A DNA stretch of 64,000 bases from Lama guanicoe. Its lineage: Eukaryota. Made by a program: the position numbers and the translations under genes. Below, piece by piece: positions 25,161 to 37,667 of this stretch (positions within the stretch are counted from its first letter, which is position 1; the number at the start of each line of letters is the position of its first letter). The DNA is taken from NCBI GenBank assembly GCA_013239625.1, contig MU054220.1, positions 8,219,367 through 8,283,366 on the forward strand, in the 5' to 3' direction. Under the pieces are notes generated by a model. It did not search any database, was not told the origin of the DNA, and saw only the letters and a list, made by a program, of their open reading frames with translations.

Positions 25161-26619
25161 TGCAAGATCTTGTGTTGAGAGGCTATTTCTGGGAAAAAAA
25201 AATATATTTTTAAATGGTTAAAAATTCTACATTTATGACCAGGTGCAGAAATTGCAAAACCATGTGTACCAAGGCAACTTAGATGGTCTGAGTGTCTTTT
25301 GAGTTTGCGACCTTATTGAGTACACGATTCTGTATTGCTAAGTCCCAATAGTGAAAAGAGTTTCAAGATTTTTTTTTCCCCGTGGCATGTGATATAGTTT
25401 GGATCCTCTCCAAGGAAAATGCTGTGATTTTAGCAACATTACACTTAAAACGATGATGAACATTTAGAGTTACTAGGAAATATTTTCACTTTTTAAAGCT
25501 ACTATCTAAATTTTCACTCCTCTAATTTATCTTTTTTTGAGAGTTTCAGAACCTGACATTGTTTCACCGGTGTGTGAACTGATGGTATTATAATGCTTGT
25601 TGCTGCCAAGAATTCGGAAATTTCATTCTTATCTGGATGACTCACTTTAAGCCGGCTACTTTGACTAGCTTCTGTCATTTTATAACTTGCATTAGGTTTG
25701 GTTTGGTTTTCAGCATCTCACAGAGAAGTTGACTACTTTGTGCAAACATCAACACAGTTGCTCAGTCAGCCGTTTCATAGGTCATTGCTGAATCTGATGT
25801 TCTGAAATAGAAGACCAGTCAATCTCAGGACTTCTCGTTGTTTTCTTTGGTAGACAACTTATTTGACCCTCTCAATCCATCTACTCCAAGTGCCATTGCT
25901 TCCACCCCATAATCTTCCATGAATACCTTATAATTCTGTTGTGCCTTCTAGTCCATTCCTCTCAGGCTTAAAAATTAATTGTGAATCCTCTGAAGTTTTA
26001 TGCATAAATATCTTTTTTTATGAGTGAGTTCTTTAATTATTTCATGTGGTTTTAACATGTCTTTAAAACTGAGGGGAAGCAAGAACCATAACTAAATACC
26101 TGCTGGTATAAGTAATTCCAGCTCCCTGTACGTTGATTAACACAAATTAGACACTTGGTAGAAAAAAAGGCTTGCGTGACGGTATGCAAAAGTAAGAGAA
26201 ATTAATCCATCTGTTATCTTCGTGCAGAAATTCTACTTAATTAAAATAACATCATCTGAAATATTTATCAAGTATTGAGGAGGCCAGTAATTTTGATATA
26301 ACATAAAATCTAAAGAAGCTACTGGTAAGTGGTCAGTAGGTGAATACCCTAAAAGTTATAGAGTCAGATTCTAAGTAATAAAAAATAATACTTTGTTGCA
26401 TATCTGCTGTGTCTGCTGCAGGTACGCAGATGGAGAGACTCAGTGTACCTGATCCTCGTTGCTCTGAACTTCATAGCATTTTGCAAGGAGGATATTGTTG
26501 ATTTTTAATTGTTATTTGCCTGTGTTTTGAGAAAAGTGTTTCCATTCAAGATGATGCTCACTTCACTTTGATATTCCTGGTGCCCAGCACAGTGCCTAAT
26601 ACAAAATAAAGACCGTAGA

Positions 26620-26778
26620 TTGGTACTTTTCAAACTTCGTACGGCCTTAAAACATCACCCGCTCTACTGATTAAGAAGCAGATTCCCAGAAATTCAGCGT
26701 TTTTTGTAAGATGCCCATATTTGCCCTTCTAAACCCATGATACAGATACAACTTTGCAGTGTACTTTGAGAAATAGCA
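26620..26778. mobile_element. MER5-like hAT MITE
   Basis: ggtacttttcaaactt...aagcagattcccagaaattc...tactttgagaaatagc. Confidence 0.55.
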
Positions 26779-27729
26779 TACTAAACTGCAAGGGCTTGGT
26801 TATGATACTGTTTGCTAAATGGGCAATGACGTCTGAGACCTAATTCCTATGTTTTGGAGAAGATATAAAAAGTCTTAATTAAAAAACTTACAAACTAAAC
26901 TGCAGTGATTACTTAGAAGCAAGAGAAAGCCCTCGTAGAATGTGGGAAGGATGCCATTCAGCAGCACATATGTTTGGCACTATGCCATCACTATTTATTC
27001 CACTACAGTAATTGTCAGCATTTTCTTTCATAGTATTTTTTTTTCCTGATAGAAGGAAGCCCTTGGTGTGAGTCAAAGCGAAAGAGCCAGTGGGTGCTAT
27101 CATTGGGCACAAGGTGTCTGGCAACATCATTGTCACTCAAGAGTGATGCACCCATAATTCCTGAAAAACGTCAAAAAGCTCAGGTGGAGAATGGGAGGGT
27201 GTGTTCTGTCATGCTCCAAAGAGCCTTGTCCCTGAAGTGACACCTCATGTGAGAGAGCATCGTTCACAATGTTTTAACAACCCCTCCATGTGGATTAGCT
27301 TCATCTGTAAGGAAGGTCTGAGCAGAGACAAGATACTGAGTTGTTTCCTGCCAGAGAGTATTTTAAGAAACAGTTTTCTCAAATACATTATATACCTTAA
27401 CTTCTGCCTTGGCCTCTTAGGCAGAAAATAATTCTGATGTTGTTGCCTCTGTTCTGGTAATGTGATCTCACTTTTCACTACTTTCTTCTCATGGCGTGCT
27501 GGCAAGTCATGGTTTTTCTAAATCTAAGGTGGCCTCTTCAAATGTGAGTGGTGGAATTCTGGCAAGGCGATCATAATATTTTTGAAGTCTAAAACCTCTG
27601 AAATAAGCTCAGGGTCTGCAAAATATCCAAATGGCTCCAAGGAATGTTGGAAAATCAGTGATGTTTGCTTTGAGCCTCCCTCTTTTTCATGATTTTGGTA
27701 GAATCTTTCTTCCATTGCTCAGTTCAGGT

Positions 27730-28070
27730 AGTTTGAATAACCACTTATTAAAGATCAACTGTAAGCTAGGCATCAGTTATGAAAAACAAATAAGATGGAA
27801 ACTCTAGTCTCAAGAAATTTACAGTTTAGGGGAGACACGAGCATCTAAAAAAACAATAAACTGCACTTTAAATCCTCTATCTTGTAGTAATCTATAATGA
27901 AAAAGAATCTGAAAATGAATATATGTATGTATATGTATGACTGAAACACTATGCAGCTCACCAGAAACTGATGCAACATTGCAAACTGACTAACTTCAAT
28001 TAAAAAAAAAAAGAAGTAAATCCGCTAATAGCAGAAACTACATGGTGTTCTGATTACAGAAGGAAGACTC
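27730..28070 (-). mobile_element. L2 3' fragment interrupted by a young L1
   Basis: cacttattaaagatcaactgtaagctaggcat...tctcaagaaatttacagtttaggggagaca; L2-like text resumes after 28027. Confidence 0.6.
27880..28016 (+). mobile_element. Very short young L1 3' end with poly(A)
   Basis: tcttgtagtaatctataatgaaaaagaat...aactgactaacttcaattaaaaaaaaa is the reverse complement of the 748/5468 family. TSD candidate taaatcctcta (27869-27879) / taaatccgcta (28017-28027). Confidence 0.88.
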
Positions 28071-28189
28071 TCTGCCATTAGTTTTTCAAGATTAAAATAT
28101 GTATTATTATGAATATTATCTATATTAAAATCTAGATTAAAAATTATAGGAAAGGTAGAAAATGTGGGAGAAGAGGCTAGAAAGTTATA

Positions 28190-28863
28190 CTTTTATGTGT
28201 TGTGTTGTGCATTACATTATTGTACTTTGCAGATATTGTGTTATAAATTGAAGACTTGTGGCAACTCTGTACTGAGACTGTATTGGTACCATTTTTTTTT
28301 CAACAGCACTTACTCACTTCGTGTCTCTGTGTGTTACTTTTTGGTAATTCTCATAACATTTCAAACTTTTTCATTATTATCATATTTGTTATGAAGTTCT
28401 GTGATCAGTGATTTTAGATATTACTATTGTAATTGTTTTGGGGTGCCACAAACCACATCCATATAAGATGATGAACTTTATCTATAAATATTTTGTGTAT
28501 CCTCCCTGCTCCACAGATTGGCTGTATCCTCATCTCTCTCCATCTCCTTGGTCATCCTTATTCCCTGGGACACAGCAATACTGAGATTAGGTCAGTTAAG
28601 AAGCCTACAGTGGCCTCTAAGTGTTCAAATGAGAACCATCTCACATCTGTCTTTAATTACAAAGCTAGAAATGATTAAGTTTAATGAGGAAGGCATAGCA
28701 AAGATCAAGATAGGTTGAAAACTAAGCCTCTTGGAGCAAACAATTAGCAAAATTGTGAATGCAAAGGAAAAGTTCTTGAAGAAAATTAAAAGTGCAGTTT
28801 CACTGAACACACAAACGATTGGAGAGCAAAACAGCCTTATTGCTGATATCGAGAAAGTTTTGT
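28190..28863 (+). mobile_element. Tigger1 (TcMar-Tigger) 5' fragment with frameshifted transposase N-terminus
   Basis: VASKCSNE (ORF 28493) and KLEMIKFNEEGIAKIKIG (ORF 28518), then aatgcaaaggaaaagttcttgaagaaaattaaaagtgc (NAKEKFLKKIKSA), matching the Tigger1/TIGD1-type N-terminus. Confidence 0.92.
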
Positions 28864-31138
28864 TGGCCCTCTGATTCTGGGGCCCATATTAAGTTCCAGC
28901 ATAGTCTTTATCATTTCATTAGACTTATCATTTCATTGGCTGGATAACTGTAATTTCCAGTTCTGTCAGTCGGGTGCATGAACCAGGATTACAGTTCATT
29001 TTAAAATGTGAAAAAGGTGAAAATTCAGAGATAAATGCTAAGAAGGGAATGACATACATGATTATATTTTGAACTTGTTTAAAATTTTGTTAAGGAATTG
29101 AAATTTACTCAGAGAGAATAAACTTCTTAAAGGACCACTCATTGAAGATTCAGAGTGTTTAGCTTTCTGGAAGAATGGAGGAAATGAACAGGGAAAAGAA
29201 ATGCAGAGGAGAAGTTGAGAAGGTTTATGTAAAAATTTCACTGAAAATGAGAAGACTTTCGGAAACCTTTTTTGGTTGATGTCTAAGTTGGGACAATGGC
29301 AATCAAATATATACAAATTATTTATTTCTTTGGTTCTGTGTTCTCACCTTTACACATGAAAGGGGTAGGAGCAGACCATTTCTAGCACAGGGATTTATGA
29401 AGGCATACATTTGCCTTCCCAAGTTCAATATTTATTGAACACTAACAATAATTTGGTTTGATTTGGCTCTGAGTTTGCTTCAGCAATGGTTTGCTTTGGA
29501 AGAAATTTTTGCCAAACCTCTCAATGGTGCTTTCTTGCTGACTGAGTAGTGGTCAGTATTTGGATGTCTTTAGGAGGAGTGTTTATAAAATTTGAATACA
29601 TCCTAGGGTTTCACCAGGCTTGGTTCCTGCATGGAGTCATTACAAAAATTCACATTCTGGCAAGCAAAAATAATCACAAGGCACGTCTTATCATTATTAG
29701 CCTCCTTAAGAGCATTAAAGGATATGTTAGCAAACCAGAGTAAGAATTCTTAAAAATCTTGTTTTTCAAGTCCAGGTCTGCCATGGGTTACTCCAGAGAG
29801 TCTCCCACCACAAAACACCTCTAGTGTTGCCTGACTTCCCTTTTTCTTTATCCCCCCATACTGTGCGATAGCTGCACCATCTCCCTGGTAGAATGGGTAC
29901 CAGTAGCCTCACCCCTGTCTCGTGATGGTGCCTGGCTACTCCAGGATGGCTCTCCAGCTCCAGGTTCTACCCTGTTCCTCATGAACAGCCGTGCATGCAC
30001 AGGACCTCCTGAGATGACCCACTGTTCTCTCATTTATTTCTCTCTTGAGATGTACTTGGTGAGAACTTCTGATCACAAAAAAAAAGAGACACAATCTCTG
30101 TCTCACTCATGGATTCCTCTACTGAGTGGCAAATCCTCCTCCTGCTCTTCATTTTGGACTACTGGCATAGAAGTAATTTCCTTTCAACAGTTCTGGGAGC
30201 ATTTAGAAAGCTTAGGTCAGCTGTTTCTATCAGATAGCCCCTCCTAAACTTGCAGAAGGAGGGAAGGAAACATGTCAGTGAAAGAGTTTAATCCCTGCTC
30301 ACTGAGAGGCAATGAGCAAGGCAAGTGAAGAAAGATGGTCTGTGAGGCCAGTCATCCCTTAATTATTTACCACCTCCGCAGTTGAAATAGTTACAAGATT
30401 ATCTCGAATTCTCCAAATTCTGGGAGTTCGGGTTTCATTATCAAACTTGTCCCACCTCTGCTATTTATTTAATGGGCCAGAAAATGAGCAATTGAGGTCA
30501 CAGGAATCTTGTTAGTTCCCCTTTAGTTCACACTGGAAGCAGACTAGAAGTCTGAGATCTGGATAAATCCCATCCTCAGCATTGGCGACCCATTTGTGCT
30601 TCCTGCTGGGGCCTCCCTCTGGGAGATCTAACTCCAAAAGCAATTGAGCTATTCCTGTCCACAGATCTCCCTATTCAAATCTGCCCCAGTGATTACGATG
30701 TGAGATAAATCATGATCTGGGTTTCCTTGTTTCTCTTCTTTGTTCTGAAAAATTCACAAAGAAGTGCGATTCATCTGTCCCGCCTCTGCTGTTCTTTTTC
30801 TTTCTTTTTAAATTAAAATAAGACTGTGTAGCAGATCTTGCTTTGGAGCACCTGCATGGACCGCCCCCTGATTCTCTTCATCAAGCCTTTCTCTGTCTCA
30901 CCTTACTTATAAAAATTATTATCATATATTTTTTTTCTAATCTGAATTGGACAGAAAAAACATTTTATCTGTTCCTGTGTATCTATCAAGTTCAACACAT
31001 ATATGGTAAACAAATTCCACTGAGCCAGATATATCTCTGATGCAATGAGTCCTGCATGGATATGTCTTTGTGTCTTTGAGTCCATGGACAGCTTTTGCTT
31101 CCACTTACATACTGGACTGTATGTGCTTCAGAGAATTT

Positions 31139-31482
31139 TGCTTTTAATTGGAGAATATAATCAGTTTACAATGTTGGATTAATTTCTGGTGTATAGCGTA
31201 GTGATTCAGTTATGTACATTTATATATTCCTTTTCATATTCTTTTTCATTATAGGCTATTACAAGGTATTGAATGTAGTTCCCTGTGCTGTACAGTAGGA
31301 CCCTGTTGTTTATCCATTTTATATATGGTAGTTAGTATCTGCAAATGCCGAGCTCCCAGTTTGTCCCTCCACCCTCCCTTTCCCACTCTGGTAACCGTAA
31401 GTTTGTTTTTCATGCCAGTGAGTCTGTTTTTGCTTGGTAAATAAGTTCATTTCTGTCTTTTCTTTTAGATTTCACATATAAG
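31139..31482 (-). mobile_element. Young L1 3'UTR fragment
   Basis: tataatcagtttacaatgttg...attgaatgtagttccctgtgctgtacagtagg...tagatttcacatataag; same family as 748-1720 and 5468-6007. Confidence 0.92.
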
Positions 31483-31849
31483 AAGAATTTCTGATACCGA
31501 ATTACACTAATAGAAGTTTTAACTGCAGTTCAAAACCATTTTCCTAGATTTTTGGCATTGTTACTCTCTGCAAATCCCTCTAGAAACCACGGCGAGGGAG
31601 TTTTCCAAGCCGCTGGTGTGAAGGTATAATATATGCCAAAATATTGCTCCCTTCAGTCCACAGAGAGGGCAGGAAGCTTTGAGGTAGCTTTTATAGCTAA
31701 AGGCAGCCTTGTGCTTCACGCTGAAGCAACCCTATCCAGGTACTCTAGTGGACCGTGACAAGGATTATTATTTTCTGCTTGTCCCATGACATGAAAAAAA
31801 AGGTGATGCACAGACCCATAGTAACGTTTTCAAACCTACTTAGTTGTTA

Positions 31850-32222
31850 AGTCCCACTGTAATATGCAGATTAAACTGATCTGGGCAGATTTGCAATTGT
31901 CTTCTCATACCTTTATGTCCTATGACTGGGAAACACTTTGCCCACGTGGCTGATGGCCATCTTACATTCAGTGACGCTTTTTCTGACCATCTCGTGTAAA
32001 TTAACAACTCCTAATGCCCGGATGTCCTAATGCCCATATTCTGCTTTATTCTTTGACATTACATTTATGACACACTACACTTGGTTATTTCATTTTCTCT
32101 CCTCTGCTAGAATATACATTCAGAAGACGTGGGTTCTGTTATGTTCATTAGACTATTGCTGAGTTCAGAACGGCACCTAATCATGAAAGGCAGAGTGTAA
32201 ACACATAATGGATATGGAATCA
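31850..32222 (+). mobile_element. L2 3' region
   Basis: ctgctttattctttgac...ctcctctgctagaatatacattc...gttctgttatgttcatt...cagaacggcacct. Confidence 0.6.
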
Positions 32223-32399
32223 ATTAACTTGTATTTCTTTCTTTGGTCAAATGTCTATTCAGTTGTCAGCCTTTTTGGTGGTGTTGTTTCTACACTGTGT
32301 CTAACAAGTTTGCCTGAGGTTTTTATACTGGTGATTATTAATCATTTACATAAAATGTGTTTAATTTCCCAGAATGCTGGTGATCTTTAATTATTATGC

Positions 32400-33110
32400 A
32401 GATGTACGGTGACACAGATATTTCAGATTTTTATTCACGGATTTGTAAGCAGTCTAGTTATGGCTTCGTTCTGTGATTCTAATTTTAGAAAAGCCTCTTT
32501 TTTTCCAAGAGGACATAACTATTTCTCTTTATTTATTTCTATTTTGCTTTTTTAAAGATTTTACTTCACATTTGCATTTTGAATAATGGTGAATTTTTAT
32601 TTTACTATGTAGAGTAAGAAACATAGTTAAGTTTTCTCTGCAGTGTTTATTGGATAAACTATTCTCTTTCCATACCCTGAAATACCACCTTCATGACGGT
32701 TTAGATTCTTGCATATTTTCAGATCTGCCATAAACAGTCCTCTTCTGCTCCTCTGGATGATCTTTCTGTTCCTGCAGCTGCTCCACAGTGTTTTCAGTAT
32801 TCTAAATGTACTACGTTTTATTAATTTGGGATTCAAATTCAGTATCCTTGTTTCTCAAATTTATTTTAAACATGGTAATATTTTAAATAAATTTATTTAT
32901 TTAAGAGTGATACATTGTCCAGATACAATTTTAAATAAGTAAATTCTCTCCAAGCCACCCACAAAAAATCTGGGAATTTTAATCTGTACATTTGTTACTT
33001 TGGTGAAAGCCAGCATATTTTCAGCATTATAATTTCCCTATTTAGAGATGCATTTCTGTTTTCAAGGTATTAAAAAATATTTTGTCCTTTAAGTTTTACC
33101 ATTAAGTTCT
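32400..33110 (-). mobile_element. Highly degraded L1 ORF2-region fragment
   Basis: tttacttcacatttgc...gaatttttattttactatgtagagtaag...tttattggataaactattctctttccc. Confidence 0.5.
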
Positions 33111-33361
33111 TACTTACCTAAACAAGATATTACAGAACATAGAAAGTAATTAAAAACCCAACAAAAAGGAAGTGAAAAATAAGTGTAACTGAGATCTTTT
33201 TCTTCTCTTAATAAGTCATGGAAAGTCCTACACACTCCTCACAGGTGAATAGATGTAATGTTTTACACTGTAAATCTACACTGTAGATTTTTAAAGATAA
33301 TGAGTATAATATAAATCATTACGTATAGTTCTAGATCATGATTAATATCCAGGTGTATATA

Positions 33362-33533
33362 TCAGTTATTCTTAACTCTGTCCCTTCAGGAAGCTTTAAA
33401 ATAATACCAAAACCTAGACCTTATCCAGGCTACCTCTAAATATCTGATGATATTGATGGATGGTGAACCCTAAACTCTGATCTTAAAAAAAACCATTAGT
33501 GATTCTAATGTGTACCTAGGGTTGGCAACTGCT
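33362..33533. mobile_element. MER5-like hAT MITE
   Basis: cagttattcttaactct...ggaagctttaaaataatacc...gtgattctaatgtgtacctagggttggcaactgct. Confidence 0.65.
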
Positions 33534-33661
33534 ATTGTATATAAACCATGATTTCTTAACCAGTTCTGTTTTGATGAATATTTGGGCCCAACTGGATTAG
33601 ATTTTTTTCTGAAATAGCAAACAGTCCAAGCAGCTCTCTGGATTAACCCTATGTGAGGTTA

Positions 33662-33879
33662 CGGTTGACCCTTCACCAATGTGAGGGTTAGGGGAGCCAG
33701 CCCTTTATGCAGTCAAAAATCTGGTATAATTTATACTCCACCCTTTAGATACACAGTTTCTCTCTATCCTCAATTCAGCCAAGAGCAGATCGTTTGCACT
33801 GTGGTATTTGCTTTTGAGAAAACACCCGTGTGTAAGTGGACCCGTGCAGTTCAAACCCACGTTGCTTACGGGTCGACTA
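33662..33879 (+). mobile_element. MER8-like Tigger-derived MITE
   Basis: Terminal inverted repeats cggttgaccctt... / ...acgggtcgacta, flanked by TA and TG. Internal taagtggacccgtgcagttcaaaccc. Confidence 0.85.
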
Positions 33880-33989
33880 TGTGTCTTGCTTATGCTCTGC
33901 GTCTAACACAAGGAGGCAGGCTAGAGGCTGTGGTTGGCATTAGAGCTGTTCACATCTATCTGGTGCTCCTTATCCAGGCAGATGTCAAA

Positions 33990-34300
33990 ACTGTACGTCT
34001 CCACCCCCTTGAACTCAGTCGTGCCCATTTAAGTTGCTTTGGCCAAAGCAAAGTGGACAGAAAATTTAGGAGCCAGTCAGCGCTCTTTCGTTCTCTCTGT
34101 TCCTTCTTTCATGGTGACGAGCTATGTAACAGGTGGTAGCTGCTCCATCGCTTCCAGCTGCCAACGTAAGGATGGTTCAGAGTCCCTAGTCAGCCCGCGA
34201 TTATTTCATAGTGTGTGAGTGATAACCCTTTATTGCGTTAAGCCAAGGAGGGTCGGGGGGGTATTTTATTATCACAGAAAATTCTGATCTCTCCAGGCTA
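33990..34300 (+). mobile_element. MLT1 (I/J-like) LTR
   Basis: ccccccttgaactcag...ttgctttggccaa...ggtggtagctgctccatc...ccctttattgcgttaagcca. Confidence 0.7.
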
Positions 34301-34794
34301 AAAAGGGACTTTTCCTCATCATGGTTACTCAGAAGCACAGGCTGCAAAAAGCTTCGTCTCCGCTTGCCCATCAACAGTCACACAACAGCTGAAAGGGAAT
34401 GGAGTGAACTGGGTACTGTTTTTTTTAAATTTAACCAGAAATAACACATGCCACTGGCCAAAGACCACCTAATCCCCCCCAAAAAGTTTTGAATCCATTA
34501 TGTGTTTGGAACATAGAGGGCCAGAGACCTTTTGTAAGCCACACTGACATAGCAGCCGCCGTCAGTACCCTTCCTATCTGCCGGAGAGTGAGGAGGGGAG
34601 GATTCCCATATGAACATCTGCGTGTTTACATGGTGACGTTAAAAGAATTAGGACTTTTATGTAAGGATGTCAGGCCTGCCAACACCTGGCAGTGAATTGC
34701 TGGGAAAGAATAGGAGGGGTACGGTGTTATTCTTTTTTTAGGAAATATTAAATAATAGTCAATAATGAGCTGCCTCATAATTAAATATATTGTA

Positions 34795-35035
34795 TAGGTT
34801 TGAATTATCATCAAGTGGGAATACAATATAAAAGAAGCAAAATGTATGGATTATAGGGCCTGGAAAATTTATGCTTGAATTTCATCTCCTTGTGTTTACC
34901 AGTTAACAGCGTCAGACCAGGAACTTCACTGCTCTGAGCCTTAGTTTCTCCACTGGTGACACGTACCATGACGCAGGGTAACTTTTCCAATTATGTGAGA
35001 TAAAGTATATAACACACCAAGCACACGGTCTACTC
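34795..35035 (+). mobile_element. MIR SINE
   Basis: acttcactgctctgagccttagtttctccactggtgac...tgagataaagtatataac. Confidence 0.65.
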
Positions 35036-36879
35036 CATAGTAAAAACCCGGGAAATATTTTCCTTTCTCTCAACCCCCACCTTTCTCCCATCCCTCATGA
35101 CTCTAATAACCCTAAAATAAATACATGGAAATATGATTATCATCTCAGAACTACTTCCAAATTCAGAGACTGTTTGATGCTTTGCTGTGTATTTCCAAAA
35201 GAGGGAGGAAAATAAAGGAAAATATGAGCACAAGCGAAAAATCCCTTGACAAGACAAGGTCAAGCTCCCTGGTCGTAAGTATCCCTACAGTTACAGGACT
35301 TCCTCTGCCTTTTTGATTGATTGATTGATTTACAGACACACAGAATCAACAAAACATTCAGACCAATAAGTGCAAGAGGGGAAGATAAGTTCGAGTGGAA
35401 GTTCCGTGGGAGCCGTTGTGACCTGTCCTCATTGCCGCCCAAGGGGCGGGGAACCTGAGAAGCCTTGATCCTCTTTGGCCACGAAGCATTGAGCAACATA
35501 TTTAGTGTAAAGCCAAGAGGACACCTACTGCTCCCCAAGTACCCTGTCCCCATACAGGCAAGGACGCAGAACTGAGAAAACCTTTTCTCCCCCCTCTCCG
35601 TAAACATTGTGTTATTTTCCCCTTTGTCTGTGACAAGGTCTTTTTCTCGTCGCTTTAAGAATTGTTTCAAAAAACGAGCTAAAAGCCAGATGAAACAGAT
35701 TAGCACAAAATGTCCAACTTGGATTTTGCATGCTGTCTATTGGACTTTACATTTTTGAGGCACGTCTTTCTTATCAATGCAACATCTGCTTACAACTAGC
35801 TCTGAAAATCTGATTTAAGAAAACAAGTGAACTTACACAGACCATTAAGGAAATAACAGTGCTGGAGTTTTCACCTAAACTTTGACTCAGGAAATTAAAA
35901 GCCACGGCGATGATTTTTATTACATAAAACCTGAGTGCACGTCTTTACTGCAGTAGGACAAGCAGGCGATCCTCTGAGGTTGTGGGGGGTGGACAGTGAT
36001 GGTGAATGATCAGACGTTTTAATTAGGCTGCTTTGGATTTCCCTCCTTCATATCACATATTTTCTCCTAATCACTATCTTGCTTGAAGATAAAGGTGGCT
36101 TATTTATTAAATTCCTTATAGCATAAGACTTAAGAGGAGAATCAGCGTGTTAAGTTGCAGGATGAAATTAGTGTTCTGTATCTCCACCTGCTGGAAATGA
36201 GGCCCAGGCCAAATATCGTGAATTATAATAAAGATAAATATAAAGGTACCAGATCAAGGAATTTCAGAGCAGGAAGAGACCTATAAGATTAAGTAACAGG
36301 GTTTTCTTTTTCTTTTTTTTTCTTTTTTAAGAGTAAAAAACATTGAGTTGGGAAAGTAAACCACAATTCTAGGTGTAATGTAAACAGTTGTTTTGAGTTT
36401 AGAAAAGGAAAGATATGTGTTAAGATAGAAAAGTTAGGAAAGACTTCTGCTCACAGTAAAAAGCAGTGCTAAGCAGCTGCCTATAAGGTCAGTCGGTGAA
36501 TTTTGAAACAGAAGCATAGCATCCCAAAAAAGAGATGTAATAAAAGTCCTACTCTCTTTTGCAGCAGAATACCCGTATTCAGGAAGTTCTAGGTCACACT
36601 TTTGGGAGGAACATGGACAGTCTGGACTGTGCCTCATCAGAGACCAATAACCAAGCAGATGTGATTGGCTCAACGTCACATAATGTGTGGGAAAGCTAAT
36701 GGAGATTAGACTGACGAAGGATACATTTTTTTAAAAAGACTGTTGAATTCAAAAAAGTTGTTAGGACTGCTTTTTAGAATACAGACTATATTTTTAACGT
36801 AAATTCAGATTATTGAAAACCATGGAAACTGTAGGAAGTGAGTCTTATCATAAATACAAGGGAAATGTTTTAAATAGGG

Positions 36880-37110
36880 CAATAGCTGTGCATTGAGAGC
36901 TTATGCTGTTTCTGGCATCATTCTATAAATTTTAGATACATTGATTTATTTAGATTCCATTGCAGCCTTAGGAATTAGATGCTAATATTTGTGCCTTTAC
37001 ACAAATGAGGAAGCTGAGATTAAAAGGTGTTAAAATTTTTGCTTAATGTCACTCTATATGGCAGAGCCAGGATCTGAACCAAGGTCATCTGGCTGAAGAG
37101 ATGGCACTTC
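36880..37110 (-). mobile_element. MIR SINE (near full length)
   Basis: aatagctgtgcattgagagcttat...tttacacaaatgaggaagctgagat...ggcagagccaggatctgaaccaaggtcatctggct. Confidence 0.8.
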
Positions 37111-37289
37111 TTTATTCCAATGCTTGATGTAGTCAGGGTGATGAATCTAAGATGGTTAGCTACTAAGCTTAAACCCTAAATAATGTGAATATTTGATAGA
37201 CTTTCAAGTAAAAATTGTTTCTTTAAAACTCTAAGCTATGCCTTAAAGCCCATGTGGAAAGGTGCAGTCCTAAAGATAGAGAGGACCTC

Positions 37290-37667
37290 TTTTTTTTCAT
37301 TCTTTTCTTTGGGGGGGGGTGGATATAATTTATTATTTTTATTTTATTTTTTTGAAAAATTAAAATAGAGTCGGTTGACAATGTTGTGTCAATTTCGGGT
37401 GTCTAGCACACTAGTTCACTCATACATATACATACCTATATTTACTTTCATAGATCCACACGGGATAAATGCTGGAGAGGCTGTAGAGAAAAGGGAACCC
37501 TCCTACACTGTTGGTGGGAATGCAGTTTGGTACAGCTGCTGTGGAAAACAGTATGGAGATCCCTCAAAAGACTAAAAATAAACTTAGCATATGATCCAGG
37601 AATCCCACTCCTGGGCATATATCCAGAGGGAACTTCAATTCAAAAAGACACCTGCACCCCAGTGTTC
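37290..37667 (-). mobile_element. Young L1 insertion with 5' inversion
   Basis: 37290-37452 is an L1 3' end on the minus strand. 37453-37667 is L1 ORF2-end sequence on the plus strand (gataaatgctggagagg...gatccaggaatcccactcctgggcatatatccag). Confidence 0.88.

Noticed and set aside
28493..28863. TIGD1-like transposase peptide
   Set aside because: Frameshifted and stop-interrupted 5' fragment of an ordinary Tigger1; no sign of domestication
33681..34139. Longest ORF in the track (152 aa)
   Set aside because: GTG start; runs across a MER8-like MITE and an MLT1 LTR; no recognisable domain
35260..35706. 148-aa minus-strand ORF
   Set aside because: Non-ATG start, no recognisable family, includes a translated (TCAA)n repeat; better explained as regulatory DNA
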